The translations under genes were made by a program, and so were the position numbers. DNA of 62,940 nucleotides, the filler included, from Octopus bimaculoides (taxonomy: Eukaryota), in assembly GCF_001194135.2 (NCBI RefSeq). It is 4 parts of 4 records of this genome, joined end to end, with 100 filler letters (N's around TTAATTAATTAA, not from the genome) between each part and the next. Parts side by side here need not be neighbours in the genome. Positions count along the whole stretch, not along the records: positions 36,763 to 59,987 come from NC_069001.1; 3 more parts are not named here. One strand, given 5' to 3'. Each line of letters opens with the position of its first letter. The stretch's first letter is position 1. Positions 38,763-51,001 of the stretch are shown here, one piece after another. The notes under the pieces were generated by a model. The model saw only the letters and a list, made by a program, of their open reading frames with translations, was not told the origin of the DNA and did not search any database.

Positions 38763-39598
38763 TAATATACATAATTCCTCATCTCTTAAATATAGAACTG
38801 TATTATTAGGAAGGGCATCTGGTCATAAAAACCAAGCCAAAATAGTCTATTGAACCTGGTGAGGTTCCTGGCCTTGCCAGTTCCTGTCAAGCTGTTTAAC
38901 CCATGCCAGCATGGAAAACAGATGTTAAATGTTGATGATGTTGATGGTATATACATGTAAGTGTGCAAGCACGTGTTACTTCATTACATGACAGTTGTAA
39001 ACAAATGTTGCAATCATGCATGGGTGTACATTTCCAGTTTTCCATGAAAACCTATCTGACCAATATTAGGTTGCTTGGAAACAAGTCAGAGTTGGCAACA
39101 GGGAAGGTATCCATTTGTAGAAAACTTGCTTCAATGAATTCCATCTAACTCCTGCATGAAAAAGTGAACATTAAACAAAGATGATGATAAAGCAATTAAT
39201 AAAATATGTTTATCAGCAACAGAGGCAGTATTAATATATAGAGGTAATATTTCTCTTAGGATTAATTATCCAACGCTCTAGAACTGATAAATATCTAAAT
39301 ACTTAATCCTTTTAGTAATCAGAAGTATCCTTCAACAGGTGAACAGCCATGTTGATTTGAGGAAGGGAACAACCAATTATATTGATTTCAATACTCAACC
39401 GGTCTCTATTTTATCAACCCAAGAAGCTGACCGTAGCAAGATTTGAACTCATAATATATGTAGCTAAACCCCACAAGACATTTTGTCTGGCGTTTTAATG
39501 TTCTTTTCAATCAATTCAACTACAAAGAAACTAAAACACTATAGAACTACATTCATGTTCATCTACATATAAATATTTTCTATCAGATTTATTGTTGA

Positions 39599-39637
39599 TT
39601 ACAATAGTTTGTTGTGTGAGAGACATTTCAAGACTGA
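39599..39637 (-). CDS. Candidate exon after a strong acceptor (SVLKCLSHNKLL* then AATAAA, or an alternative longer frame)
   Basis: TATTTCTATTGTTTTGCAG|TCAGTC; AATAAA on the minus strand at 39588-39593. Frame unresolved. Confidence 0.22.
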   Translation of the reverse strand, partial: SVLKCLSHNKLL

Positions 39638-39979
39638 CTGCAAAACAATAGAAATATGTTCACACACACACACATTTCTTTCAAATATCTTTCAAAATAT
39701 CGGTCACGATAATAAAGATCATATCTGATTGTATTTTACATTATTGTATGTAATCATACATAACAAAATATACCTACACACACACACACAAACATATACC
39801 ATGTATGATGGTATGTAAAATACTTTTTCCTTCAAAAGAATGTTGCAAAAAGAGAAAAAAAAAACAGGTGCTACATGGGAAATTTGAGTCTATGTAACAT
39901 ACTTTAATGCACTAAACAACTTTTTCTAGAATAGGCATGCAGAAATCTGGGTGTGTTTAATATGCCCATGCATCCAAAA

Positions 39980-40300
39980 AGGAACTATTTTTTACTTGTT
40001 TCAGTTACTGGGCTGGGGTTGTGCAGAGGCACTTGCCCTGAAGGGTTTAGTTGATTGACTCAACCCCAGTACTTATTGTAACAGTCTCCTTTTGCACTGC
40101 TACTAAGCTATGGGTACGCAAACAAATGAACACCAGTTGTCAAACAGAGGAGAGGATAACCACTGCTTGATAATGCACATACGTGTGCCCACACAGACAG
40201 ATTCACACTACAGGTTTCTGTGCAGTTTCCATCTACTAAATTCACTCACGAGGTATTGGTCAGCTCAGGGCTATTGTAGAAGAGTTGTGCAATGGGAGTG
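39980..40300 (-). mobile_element. First-family SINE, decayed, CpG-depleted
   Basis: CTGCTACTAAGCTATGGGTACGCAAACAAA..GTTGTCAA (tail); CAGTTTCCATCTACTAAATTCACTCAC.AGG.ATTGGTCAGCTCAGGGCTAT (head). Confidence 0.6.
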
Positions 40301-40850
40301 AAACTAAAGTCACATTGTTGCAAATCAAACTGGTAAACTGCATAGCTATGCCTGCACTTAAAAATGGATAATAACTTCAAATGCAGACTACATCCAATCC
40401 ATACAGACACTGAACAGAGTGGGAGCCAAGACACAACCCTGATAGCCCCCAAATCTAACTGGGAAGAAGTGAGATGTTGAGCCCCTAATCTGAGCTGTGC
40501 TCACTGTTGCATCAGCCCAACCAGTTGGGGAGGCATACCTCACAGCTCCAGTATCCTCTAAAGTACATCACTGTAGAACAACTTGCAATAGGATGCCTTG
40601 TAGAAGTCAACACTAAATAGAAAGTCTTGCAGAAGTCAACATAATCTGCAAGCACCTCCTACCAAGAACTCCGTCTGCGTTCGATGAGTTCATGGAGAGA
40701 TAGGATCTTGTTAGAAATCGACTTCTTTTAGCATGAACCCTGACTGTGTTGACCATTAAGAAGCAAGCTATTATCTTGTAGGCTACCATTTCGCTAGCAA
40801 CAAAGGGAGTACAGGATGACAGTCAGCCAAAACTTTTGCTAGGCTGTCTC
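40300..40850 (-). mobile_element. RTE-type reverse transcriptase core fragment, frameshifted
   Basis: Pieces ILSLHELIERRR, DYVDFCKTF and SHFFPVRFGGYQGCVLAPTLFSVCMDW match RT motifs (VDLKKAFD; RQGCVLAP.LF). Confidence 0.75.
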
Positions 40851-41131
40851 TCTTCTTTCACCTCTTTGTGGGGTTAATAATCTTAATCTTTAGTTACAGT
40901 TTCTCATTGAAACTACATAATAGGCAGAATTGTCAGAGATTTGGCTGCTATTTCTACCAGGTCTAGCTACCATGTAGAGGTCTCAACTTAATTTTCCTTC
41001 AAATATTTGCATTTCAAAAATTTAACAATCTTTTCCATAAATCAGCTATTGTAAAAATTTTATACGATGACCTCACATTTTCTATGTATGTGTGTGTACC
41101 TTAAAAGACGTCAACTATCACAACACACACC

Positions 41132-41457
41132 TTCACTCACTCACTCTACCTCTCTTTCTCATACACACACATGCGCATGCACACACATCCATTTCATATA
41201 TCTTCTTTCAATTTCTGCTCTCTGCAAATAACATTTTTACGGATAACCACTGCTTACAAAAATAGGGATTAATGTATAATTTCACTCACTCACTCTCTCT
41301 TTTTCACCCACTTTCTCTCTCACATTCACACACACAAGTGTGCGCGCACGCACGCACACACACACACGTCCATTTCATATATCTTTCAATTTCTGCTCTC
41401 TGCCAATAACATTTTTACAGATACAACTTACAAAAATAGGGATTAATGTATAATTTC
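41132..41457. repeat. Direct tandem duplication of about 150-175 bp
   Basis: CCATTTCATATATC..TTTCAATTTCTGCTCTCTGC.AATAACATTTTTAC..CTTACAAAAATAGGGATTAATGTATAATTTC occurs twice. Confidence 0.9.
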
Positions 41458-41705
41458 TTTCTATGTTCATAATTAAATCAATGTTTTAATCATTAGACAG
41501 AGGTCCAATAGAACAGCTCTCAGAAACAGACATGTACAAATTCGTTCTTCACAACTCCTGAAGCTGTTTTCTGACAAGTGGGAGTCAGGAAATTTTCATA
41601 CAGCTGGAGGCCTCAATCAAAACGGGACCCGAAATGATAAGGTTGAGAAATGCTGTTATAGACTATGCCTAACTGAAAATGATTACAGCCACATCATCCA
41701 AACAG

Positions 41706-41734
41706 ACCGGGTGAAACCGGGCTTAGCTGCTAGT
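41706..41734 (+). mobile_element. Possible Helitron-type 3' terminus
   Basis: ACCGGGTGAAACCGGG..AGCTGCTAGT: GC-rich motif followed by CTAG|T. 5' end not located. Confidence 0.35.
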
Positions 41735-41984
41735 AGTAATATAAGCATTAATTTTTACATTTTAAAGTGTTTTTTTCCCTCCCTTTCTTTGAAGATTACT
41801 TGATACCACACTGGTTAAATTATCAACTTTGCCCTTTTAAAATGAGTTTAGATCAGACCCATATCAGACGCAGCATACTGTATATTTAAAAAAAGTGACA
41901 AGAAATATTCCTTCTATAAAAATGAAACTAAGTTGTCTGGACATATCAATGATGGTTTCACACGGGAAATTCTCACACAGAATC

Positions 41985-42100
41985 CTTTTGACCTGAATTT
42001 CCAAGTTCTGTCAATATTGAGCTTCTGAAAACCATAGTCAAGGAAAATCCAAAGCAAACTGCATGAGAATTAGCAACACAGTTCAAGTCAAGTCAAACAG
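41985..42100 (+). mobile_element. Mariner transposase HTH-region remnant
   Basis: VNIELLKTIVKENPKQTA*ELATQF resembles the mariner motif LK..VE.DP.QTTRELA. Confidence 0.45.
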
Positions 42101-42534
42101 TACATTTTGGTACTTGAGGCAAATGTGCACACACATACAGAAATATACATATCCAAATAGAAAGTGAAGGAAGGAGAAAGACAGACATAACATTCATCCA
42201 AAGATAACTAGATACTCACATGCATAAACAGGGGAGGAAAGAACAAGAGAAATATAAAAATATCTGAGTGCTGACTCAGTTACACCAAACAGGAAGTGTG
42301 AAAACATCTCACACCCAGGTATCCATGCGTTCAGATATGTACAGAAACAACCATCAGAAATATACAAACAAACATATATATATATATATATATACATTTT
42401 TATTCACATTAATAGCAACCGTAGTTGCTCACCAAATTATAGAAAAAACTTTTTTCAGCTAATTGAACTTCGATATAGGAAAAGCCCATGACATCAAATT
42501 ATTATTGTTCTGGAAATTTGTTCTTTCTACCTAC

Positions 42535-42592
42535 CATTGGCTGCTCAAAGCTTACTAACTTCATGCATCTTGATCCTTGGACCTTACAAGTA
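42535..42592 (-). CDS. Candidate internal exon (xTCKVQGSRCMKLVSFEQPM)
   Basis: TTATTTATTATATAG| ... ATG|GTAGGT, 58 nt, one open frame. Not recognised. Confidence 0.3.
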
Positions 42593-42954
42593 CTATATAA
42601 ATAAATAATAGCAGGCCTCTGGACATGAATATATATAAAAATATCAAGCCTCTATACATGAATATATATATATAAAAATAATAACAGGCATCTATACATG
42701 AATATATATTTCAATATTCATGGTCAAGTTACTATTTTTCTGTTAAACAGACTGAAGATATTTAAAATATTTTCAAGTATCAACACCCAAGAATTTATTA
42801 CCGTTTCCCCCTCTAAAGGTCCCATTTACTCATGAAGTAGTTACTTGTTCCCATACAAGATATTTTTAAGGACACATATGCAACCTATGTATATACACAT
42901 ATACAATGTAACACATACATATATAGATACAGGCATGGCAGTACAATTCAGAAA

Positions 42955-43140
42955 CTTGCTTCTCAGTCACATAGCTTTAGATTCAGTCCCACTGTATGGC
43001 ACTGTGTGCCATTGTCTTCTATAGTCTCAAGCCAACCAAAGCCTTGTAAATGGATATGATAGATGGACACTGAAAGAAACCCAACATATATAGGTGTGTG
43101 TGTGTATGCATGCTTAGGTCTCCCTGTCATCATACTTGCC
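42955..43140 (+). mobile_element. First-family SINE head, decayed
   Basis: TTCAGTCCCACTG..CCAACCAAAGCCTTGTAAATGGAT..CTGAAAGAAACCC. Confidence 0.7.
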
Positions 43141-43687
43141 TCAATGAATATTATTTGTACCATACAAACATGAAAGAGTAGCTATTAAAAACAATGATGA
43201 TATATATATATATATATATATANNNNNNNNNNNNNNNNNNNNNNNNNNNNNNNNNNNNNNNNNNNNNNNNNNNNNNNNNNNNNNNNNNNNNNNNNNNNNN
43301 NNNNNNNNNNNNNNNNNNNNNNNNNNNNNNNNNNNNNNNNNNNNNNNNNNNNNNNNNNNNNNNNNNNNNNNNNNNNNNNNNNNNNNNNNNNNNNNNNNNN
43401 NNNNNNNNNNNNNNNNNNNNNNNNNNNNNNNNNNNNNNNNGTACAAGTTTAATTCTAAAAATAATGTTGGATTATGTCTTTGTACCAGGATATGAAATCC
43501 CAAAATGTCAATTTATTCAGAATAAAATAACTACCAAGAAACAATTGACAAACAAACTATACGATTGACTTCAGTGACCTAGAAAACGGTATTTTCAATA
43601 GGACGTCATTCCTTGTGATACAGTGAGTAGCATGCCTGTGAGCTGGATTGGAGTGTTTTCGCAAGCTACTCCACTAAAACGTGGGTA

Positions 43688-43736
<49 letters not shown>

Positions 43737-44279
43737 GCTATTCAGGTCTAAATATATATTTAGATTTGTCTCTAAATACACACACATACAAATATACATA
43801 TATATATGCACACACAAATTATATATATAAACACACACACTACGTGACCATCTAAACGTCTCGTCCTTTATTCACTTTGCTATCAACCAGGTTGGTTGCA
43901 CTTCTTTGTGCTCCTATACCTTTTGTTTACTTCTTCCTTCGTTCTGACTTTCCATCTGTCCCTCTCTCGTCTCTAGTCCTACAAGACATTTTCATTTTCC
44001 GTTGCATTACTCCTATATTTGTCTGTCTGGCAGCTGCATGGCTTTTTTTTTTCTTTTTGTATATGTATAATTATTATAATTATTTTATTTTGTTGTGTTT
44101 GTTTACATCATTGTCCTGCATGTTTGTTAGCTATTCCCAGTGGCTTTTTGCAACTGGCGCCACTGAAAATGAACAATATCAACAATAAGAGGTATGAAAA
44201 TGTAAGGATCTTTGGGACATTGATGAGGTATTAGCTACGAATGTTCCATTATGATTTTGTTAAATCTGAGATATATAGA

Positions 44280-44945
44280 TATCATCATCGTTTAATGTCT
44301 GCTTTCCATGCTAGCATGAGGACTGGTGAACCAGATGGCTACACCAGGCTCCAATCTGATTTGCCAGAGTTTCTACAGCTGGATGCCCTTCCTAACGCCA
44401 ACCACTCTGAGAGTGTAGTGGGTGCTTTTACGTGCCACCGGCAAGAAGGCCAGTCAGGCGGTACTGGCAATGGCCACGCTCAAAATGGTGTATTTTACGT
44501 GCCACCTGCACAGGAGCCAGTCCATCGGCACTGGCAATGATCTAACTCGAATGTCTTTTTATATTCCACTGGCACAAGTGCCAGGAAGGTGACATTGGTA
44601 ACGATCATGCTCAAATGGTGCTATTTACGTGCCACCGGCATGGAAGCCAGACAGCTGCTCTGGCAACGATCACACTCAGACGGTGCTCTTAGTGCTCCAC
44701 TGGTACAGGTGCCATCATGATTTCGCTTTCGCTTGCCCCAACAGGTCTTCGCAAGCCGAGTTTAGTGTTCAATGAAAAAGACGTTGTCACGGGTGCCAGT
44801 CAACAAATTTAGTTCGATTCGATTTCACTTGCCTCAACAGGTCTTCGCAAGCGGAGTTTAGTGTCCGATGAAGGAATGTCACGCATAAGTGGGCTGGCTA
44901 CATCCCTGGCAGAGGCCTTGGACTTTGGTCTCACTTGGTTTGCCG
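44280..44945 (-). mobile_element. RTE LINE 3' UTR with internal repeats of about 70 bp (x4) and about 105 bp (x2); relatively young
   Basis: ATCATCATCGTTTAA tail; CTACAGCTGGATGCCCTTCCTAACGCCAACCACTC; repeated TTTACGTGCCACC units; CpGs retained. Confidence 0.85.
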
Positions 44946-45541
44946 GGTCTCCTCACGCACATATATATAGACATGTGTATGTATATNNNNNNNNNNNNNN
45001 NNNNNNNNNNNNNNNNNNNNNNNNNNNNNNNNNNNNNNNNNNNNNNNNNNNNNNNNNNNNNNNNNNNNNNNNNNNNNNNNNNNNNNNNNNNNNNNNNNNN
45101 NNNNNNNNNNNNNNNNNNNNNNNNNNNNNNNNNNNNNNNNNNNNNNNNNNNNNNNNNNNNNNNNNNNNNNNNNNNNNNNNNNNNNNNNNNNNNNNNNNNN
45201 NNNNNNNNNNNNNNNNNNNNNNNNNNNNNNNNNNNNNNNNNNNNNNNNNNNNNNNNNNNNNNNNNNNNNNNNNNNNNNNNNNNNNNNNNNNNNNNNNNNN
45301 NNNNNNNNNNNNNNNNNNNNNNNNNNNNNNNNNNNNNNNNNNNNNNNNNNNNNNNNNNNNNNNNNNNNNNNNNNNNNNNNNNNNNNNNNNNNNNNNNNNN
45401 NNNNNNNNNNNNNNNNNNNNNNNNNNNNNNNNNNNNNNNNNNNNNNNNNNNNNNNNNNNNNNNNNNNNNNNNNNNNNNNNNNNNNNNNNNNNNNNNNNNN
45501 NNNNNNCCCCAGCATGGCCATAGTCTGACTGAAACAAGTAG

Positions 45542-45584
<43 letters not shown>

Positions 45585-45679
45585 AGATTGTTTCTATGAG
45601 GGAGAAGCACAAGAGCCATAAAAACTAAGATACTCAAGAAATTATGCCCAGGAGGCTCTTTAGTGACAGTAGATAAAAT

Positions 45680-45960
45680 CTGCTACCTAGAAGACCTAAT
45701 TAGCTGTGGGGGAGGATGCACAGAAAATGTAATTGCTAGAATAAGAACAAGACAGAAAATTTAGAGAGCTTTTACAGGGCAACCAAAGGTCTTTCTCTCC
45801 GAATGAAAGGAAGATTGTATGTTGCATGCTACATGGTAGTGAGACATGAGCCCTGAATGCAGAAGACATGCGATGGTTAGAGAGGAATGAAGATAGTAGA
45901 GGTTAAAGAAGAATGAAGATAGTATGCACTGTCAGAGTACATGTGCGACAGAGCCCTTCT
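45680..45960 (+). mobile_element. RTE RT C-terminal fragment
   Basis: LGDLISCGGGCTENVIARIR..KGLSLRMKGRLY..LHGSET..AEDMRWLERNE. Confidence 0.75.
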
Positions 45961-46021
45961 TGCACAACATGCCTGTACACATTTTGTCCTAAATGAAACC
46001 AACAGCATGCCAAATTCAGCC

Positions 46022-47257
46022 CAGAAATCAGTTATGGGCTGCTTTTTCGAAATCCACAATTATATTACCAGGTCCCTCATTCTGCACTAATTCACTTATT
46101 TTGGCAAAAAGTCTACTACATGCATCTTGACTTTTATCAGAGAGCAATGCGAACAATTGTGGGAGCATTAAAAATATCGATTTGAATGTGAAGTATATAT
46201 AACTGAAAAAATACACTAAAGCAGCACTTAAATGTTCCATCTGCTATCCAGTATTTGTACTGTTTTAACTATTGAAGTGCTTCGTCACTTGCAAATATCA
46301 GTATTCGTTTTGAATCTTCCATCCCACTGTCATACTGTAGAAATGTTTCATCATTGTCAAGGTAAGAGTATTCGCTTGGAATGGAAAACCAAACATTTGT
46401 AAGTGGGATGGCAGGATAGTTGGAATAAACTTGCCTCCAACATCTAATATTCCTATTAAACTGTGCAAACAGAGGTATTTGCGACAATTCTGAACTTCAC
46501 TAGTGATAACTGAGCAAGAGGCATCACAAGACGAAATAGACTTTAATATTTGAAACTATTATCTTTGCATTTGCCTCTGCAGCAGTTGAAGCGTGATTAT
46601 GGATCCCAATCTTCTTAAGCTCTTTATAATTTTCATCTGCTCGAAGTCTCGCCTTGCACACACAATTTTCACGCCTTCAGTATATCTTCAATCCATCTGC
46701 ATTCTTCTTATTTTTTTGTGTATATGTAATTATGTAATTTTCTTGAGTGACCACTTTGATTTTTCCTTTCTCTGAAGTTATGATATTGCAAGTAATCATG
46801 TTGATGGGTAGGTGTATGGAATAAATGATATGTCCCGCATTATGACGACATAACTTCATCTGCATAACTGGCCCATATGGCGTACCTCACCAACTGACAC
46901 TGCTTGCTGTGCCTGTCCACTATCTATTAGTAGTGGAACAGCCCACTTCTTTCTTGGGGGTGTCTGCCACAACAATAAATTTAATTCGATTTGCTTGAAA
47001 ATCTTTGTTCGTAAACTGTTCAGCACAGATACTCAAGAGATAGAGAGAGGGGGAATTAAAGAAAGGAAAAAAAGAATATCTAAAACTGTCCAATGTCAAT
47101 TTTAATTCTAAAGTGATTATTCTAAACTTTCCCTCAAAAATCACATTTAAGAGTATTTGGGGACAAATTGGTCAGCGATTAATTGACCTGGGGCTGAATC
47201 GATCAACGATGAATTGACTAGGGACAAATTAACCAATGACGAATTGTCCTAGCACCC
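46022..47257 (-). mobile_element. Decayed Mutator-like (MULE) transposon with FLYWCH zinc finger and DDE domain, 3' truncated
   Basis: KIY*RRENCVCKARL..HNH (FLYWCH); FLQYDSG..RILIF; WIADGTFKCC..FQLY..H (first D, 46230-46241); FALL.DK..IVDFEKAA (second D). Six roughly 15-bp subterminal repeats at 47162-47252. Confidence 0.88.
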
Positions 47258-47399
47258 ATTATAATGCCTTAGTCCACTTCAGCAGCTGTAAAAGACAAAC
47301 AATTACTAGTGGAAAGCTGTAATTTACAATGTGACATGTATGATTATACCTGCACAAGTTCCGCTTCCTGCAATAACTGGAAGTGAGTCAGAGGAAGTC

Positions 47400-47818
47400 T
47401 TTAATGAACATCCCTTGTAGATGTAGCATGCAAGAGAGAGGACTGCGCTGGCTTGGTCATGTGATGCGTATGGGTGTCGACAGTTGAGTACAGAAGGGCT
47501 GATCACTTAAAGTGGATAGAACTTATGGAAGAGGGAGAACTAGTAGGACATGGGACAAAGTAAGGCCATCTCAAGACACTGAACCTTACAAAGGAGATGA
47601 TAGAGAACAGAGATATCTGCTGTCACCACAGCAGAACTGATGCTGGTGCCACATAAAAAACATTCTGTACACTGTGAAGTGGTTGGTGTTCAAAAGAGCA
47701 TCCAGACATAGAAACAATGCCAGAACACACAATGGATCTGAGTGTTGCCCTGGCCTTACCAACTCCTGTCAAACTATCCAATCCATGCCAGTATTGAAAA
47801 CTGATGTTAAATGATGAT
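47400..47818 (+). mobile_element. RTE LINE 3' end
   Basis: RCSMQERGLRWLGHVMRM..GRGRTSRTWD, then UTR ending GTTAAATGATGAT. Confidence 0.8.
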
Positions 47819-47821
47819 ATA

Positions 47822-48299
47822 TATCATCATAATCATTGTCGTTTAATGTCCATCTTTCATGCTAGCATGGGTGAGATGGTACCACAAGAGCTGGCCAGGC
47901 CGAAGCCTGCACCAGACTTCTGTGACTGTTTTGGCAGGAATTTTACAGCTGAATAACCTTCCTAACACCCACTCAGCAGAGTGGACTTAGTGCTTTTATG
48001 TGGTACAAACACTGACATGGTAACCAAGTACTTGCAAGACATAAGAAAAAAAAACTTTTAAGAGGGGAGGAGGTGATGATGTAAAGGTTATAGCAAGACA
48101 GATACACGTGTCTTACTGTAGAAGTACAAGGTTATCTGGCTGGAGTGAGAAAGATCAGGAAGAGAGAAACAGGTGCGCTATTGCAAAGAAAATACATGGT
48201 TTCTTAACCTGAGGGAAGTGCAAGATAAGGAGAGAGAGAGAGAGAGTGGGAGAGAGAGAGAGTGGGAGAGAGAGAAGGAGAGAGAAAGAGAGAGAGAAG

Positions 48300-48345
<46 letters not shown>

Positions 48346-49780
48346 AAGAGAGAGAGAGAGAGAGAGATAAAGAGAGAGACAGCAGGATAGAGATGGTGAC
48401 AAAATGCTGGGCATACTCACAAGGAACAGGGATCAGAAATGGTTGAGTAAAGAAAAAGAGATATAGATGGTGGCAAGTGCCAGGGCATACCCTTAAGGTT
48501 CAAATGCAATAATATAAGTGACAGGATATTGTGAAGGGAGTGTGATTAAAGAGTACGAGTAAGTGGCGAAAGACTTGCGGATAGCAATGATAAAGGAACA
48601 GGGGTGTGAGGACAGGATTGGGGAGAGAGAGCTAGGCATAGTGTATGAAGGAAGAAATGTAAGAAAGAGAAGTGATGTAAATTGCTTTGTTGGGGTAGGG
48701 TGAGGGAAAAGTTTTCTTGTTATATGTGGGTGGAACATCTAGGTCGGGGCTAACAGATAGCAATAATAGAGTGAGGCAGAGCATGTGGGTAGAATGCACA
48801 TGTCGGGGCAAGTGGACAGCAATGATACAGTGGCACAGGGCTAAGAGGACAGGGTTGGGGAGTGAGAGGTAATCACAGTACATGAAGCGGAAATGTGAGG
48901 AAGAGATGTAGAGACGTAGTTTGGTTTGTTGTGGTAGAGCGTGAGAAGTTTGCTTGCTAAGTGTAGGTGGGGGACACAGCACTTCTAGAACTCAATTTCG
49001 TTAATGTGGGTAGGTCTTCAAGAACTTCATATCGCCAGACATCTCGGTCCATTGTCATTTCCTCCATGAGGCCCAACTTCCTGAGTCTCCCTCTTCCACG
49101 GGTACCATCCATTTTCAGTAATCAACACTTCTTTATGCAGCTGTCCTCATTCATACACATCACATATCCAAACCATTGTAGTCTTCTTTCTTGCATACTA
49201 CATTTGATTCCTCTTATGCCCAACTTTTCTCAATACATTTGCACTTATGTTGCACATCCACCAGAGCATAATACCTTGGTTTCTCTCCAGTCTGCGCACG
49301 TTTTCTGCATTCAGAGCCCATGTTTCACTACCATAGAGTATAGCTGCTCATACACAAGCATCATATAGTCTACCTTTCACTCTGAGAGAGAGAGTCCTTT
49401 TGTTGCCAACAAATGTTTTTCACCAAACCCTTGCAAATGATAGGGGGAAGCTCTCTGAACTTCCTCCACCCAATTGTTATTCTAGAAACAATACTTTCAG
49501 AGCCTCTTCCACCATTGCTAATTTGGTCACCTAGGTAACAGAAACTATCTACAACCTCAAGAGAGCCTCCTGGGCATTTGAGAGAATCTAAGTCCTGTGT
49601 GCTCTTAGTACTTATTGCTTCTGCACATCTGCCACATACAAAGACTACTTTATCTGTTAATCTACCTGTGATACCACTGCACCTCTGATGTGTCCATAGT
49701 TTACACCGAGTGCAACAAATGGAATTTCTTCCTACTCCTTTCCTACATATGGAGCAGGGACACTTACCTGACAGAAAAAA
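47822..49780 (-). mobile_element. 5'-truncated RTE LINE: PHD-like finger, RT thumb, C-terminus and long 3' UTR
   Basis: CSICRKGVGRNSICCTRCKLWTHQRCSGITGRLTDKVVFVCGRC..VDSFCYLGDQ..WRKFREL..RVKGRLYDAC..LYGSETW; ATCATCAT tail at 47822. Confidence 0.85.
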
Positions 49781-49838
49781 GGTATATCTTTCTTACTAAC
49801 AACCACTTTTGTCTTAGATAGGTTAATTTTAATTATAT

Positions 49839-50030
49839 ACTAGCTGAGCATCCTGTGATGGCTGGGTAATTTTCACAATAGAATACTTAGCTGAACTCTT
49901 GGAATAGTACACCCACATAAGTTGGATTTTCTCCATTTTGACAGGGATTTTCCAAAAGTTTTTGAAACCTTTGCAAATGATAGGGGGAAGCTTTTTATGA
50001 AAAAAAGGCTTTGAAACTTTATGAATACCC
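49839..50030 (-). mobile_element. Possible Helitron-like non-autonomous element (3' end CAGCTAG|T at 49839)
   Basis: Terminal CTAG followed by T with a GC-richer motif just inside; the rest runs into a gap. Confidence 0.35.
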
Positions 50031-50966
50031 CCCCCCNNNNNNNNNNNNNNNNNNNNNNNNNNNNNNNNNNNNNNNNNNNNNNNNNNNNNNNNNNNNNNNN
50101 NNNNNNNNNNNNNNNNNNNNNNNNNNNNNNNNNNNNNNNNNNNNNNNNNNNNNNNNNNNNNNNNNNNNNNNNNNNNNNNNNNNNNNNNNNNNNNTGCACA
50201 CTTAAGAACAACAAAACAATGAATGATACCATTGCAGTAAAAAACCAAAACGTTTTAATTTATAAATTTTTTCAAGCCCCCACCGTCAACTGTTTTTTCG
50301 CACTACAAACTTTAAACAATGGGAGAAGCCTTTAAGGGTTAAAAAAGTTTTGGAAATGTGATCACCATTGCAATCCCCTTTTCCTTTATTTTCAAACAGA
50401 AAATGAAACGTAATTTAAAAACAAGAGTGAAATTCTATTCAATATTTTCTTTAAATCCACCTCCCTGCCTAAATCCTAAAATTGCAGCTTTCTTATGAAA
50501 TTTTTTTTAATCATAGTTTTAAATACAGATAGTCCAAATTTTCAATGTTTCTGCCAATAATTTCAACATAATTTTCAGATGAAAAAGTGTATGATTTAAG
50601 GGAGATTTAGCTGTTGTTTCAAGCACATCCCACAACCACAGAATACCTTCCCTGTTTCTTTGCCCCTGAGATATAGATGCTTTTCAATACTTTTCTCCTC
50701 CGTAAACACATTTGAGCAATGAATCTGAGTGTGATTCATTAATTTTAGAAAATATTACAGAGGTTTAAAGTCTTTACCCAAAAACAGGATTTGTACACAA
50801 TAGCTATCATAAAATGAAAGTAAACATTAGAAGACAGGTTTTAGACAAAACAAAAGCAATGTAGGAGAGTTTATGTATATATATATAAAAGACAACAAAA
50901 AACAACAATGCAAGGACGTGATACAGATATTATGTTACTGGACGTTCAGGAAAGGAAAGAAAGAGA

Positions 50967-51001
50967 ATTTGACGTTTCGAGCGGAGCTCTTCGTCGGAAA
51001 C
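50967..51001 (-). ncRNA. Minimal hammerhead-like motif, second copy of the 29.8-kb family (50885-51055), core variant CCGACGA
   Basis: Minus strand: gttt CCGACGA A GAGC tcc GCTC GAAA CGT C aaat; GUC triplet; U4 replaced by C. Confidence 0.55.

Noticed and set aside
489-50335. Long ORFs in the track rich in X, YI, HT, CV or ER
   Set aside because: They are produced by N gaps and by microsatellites that lack stop codons.
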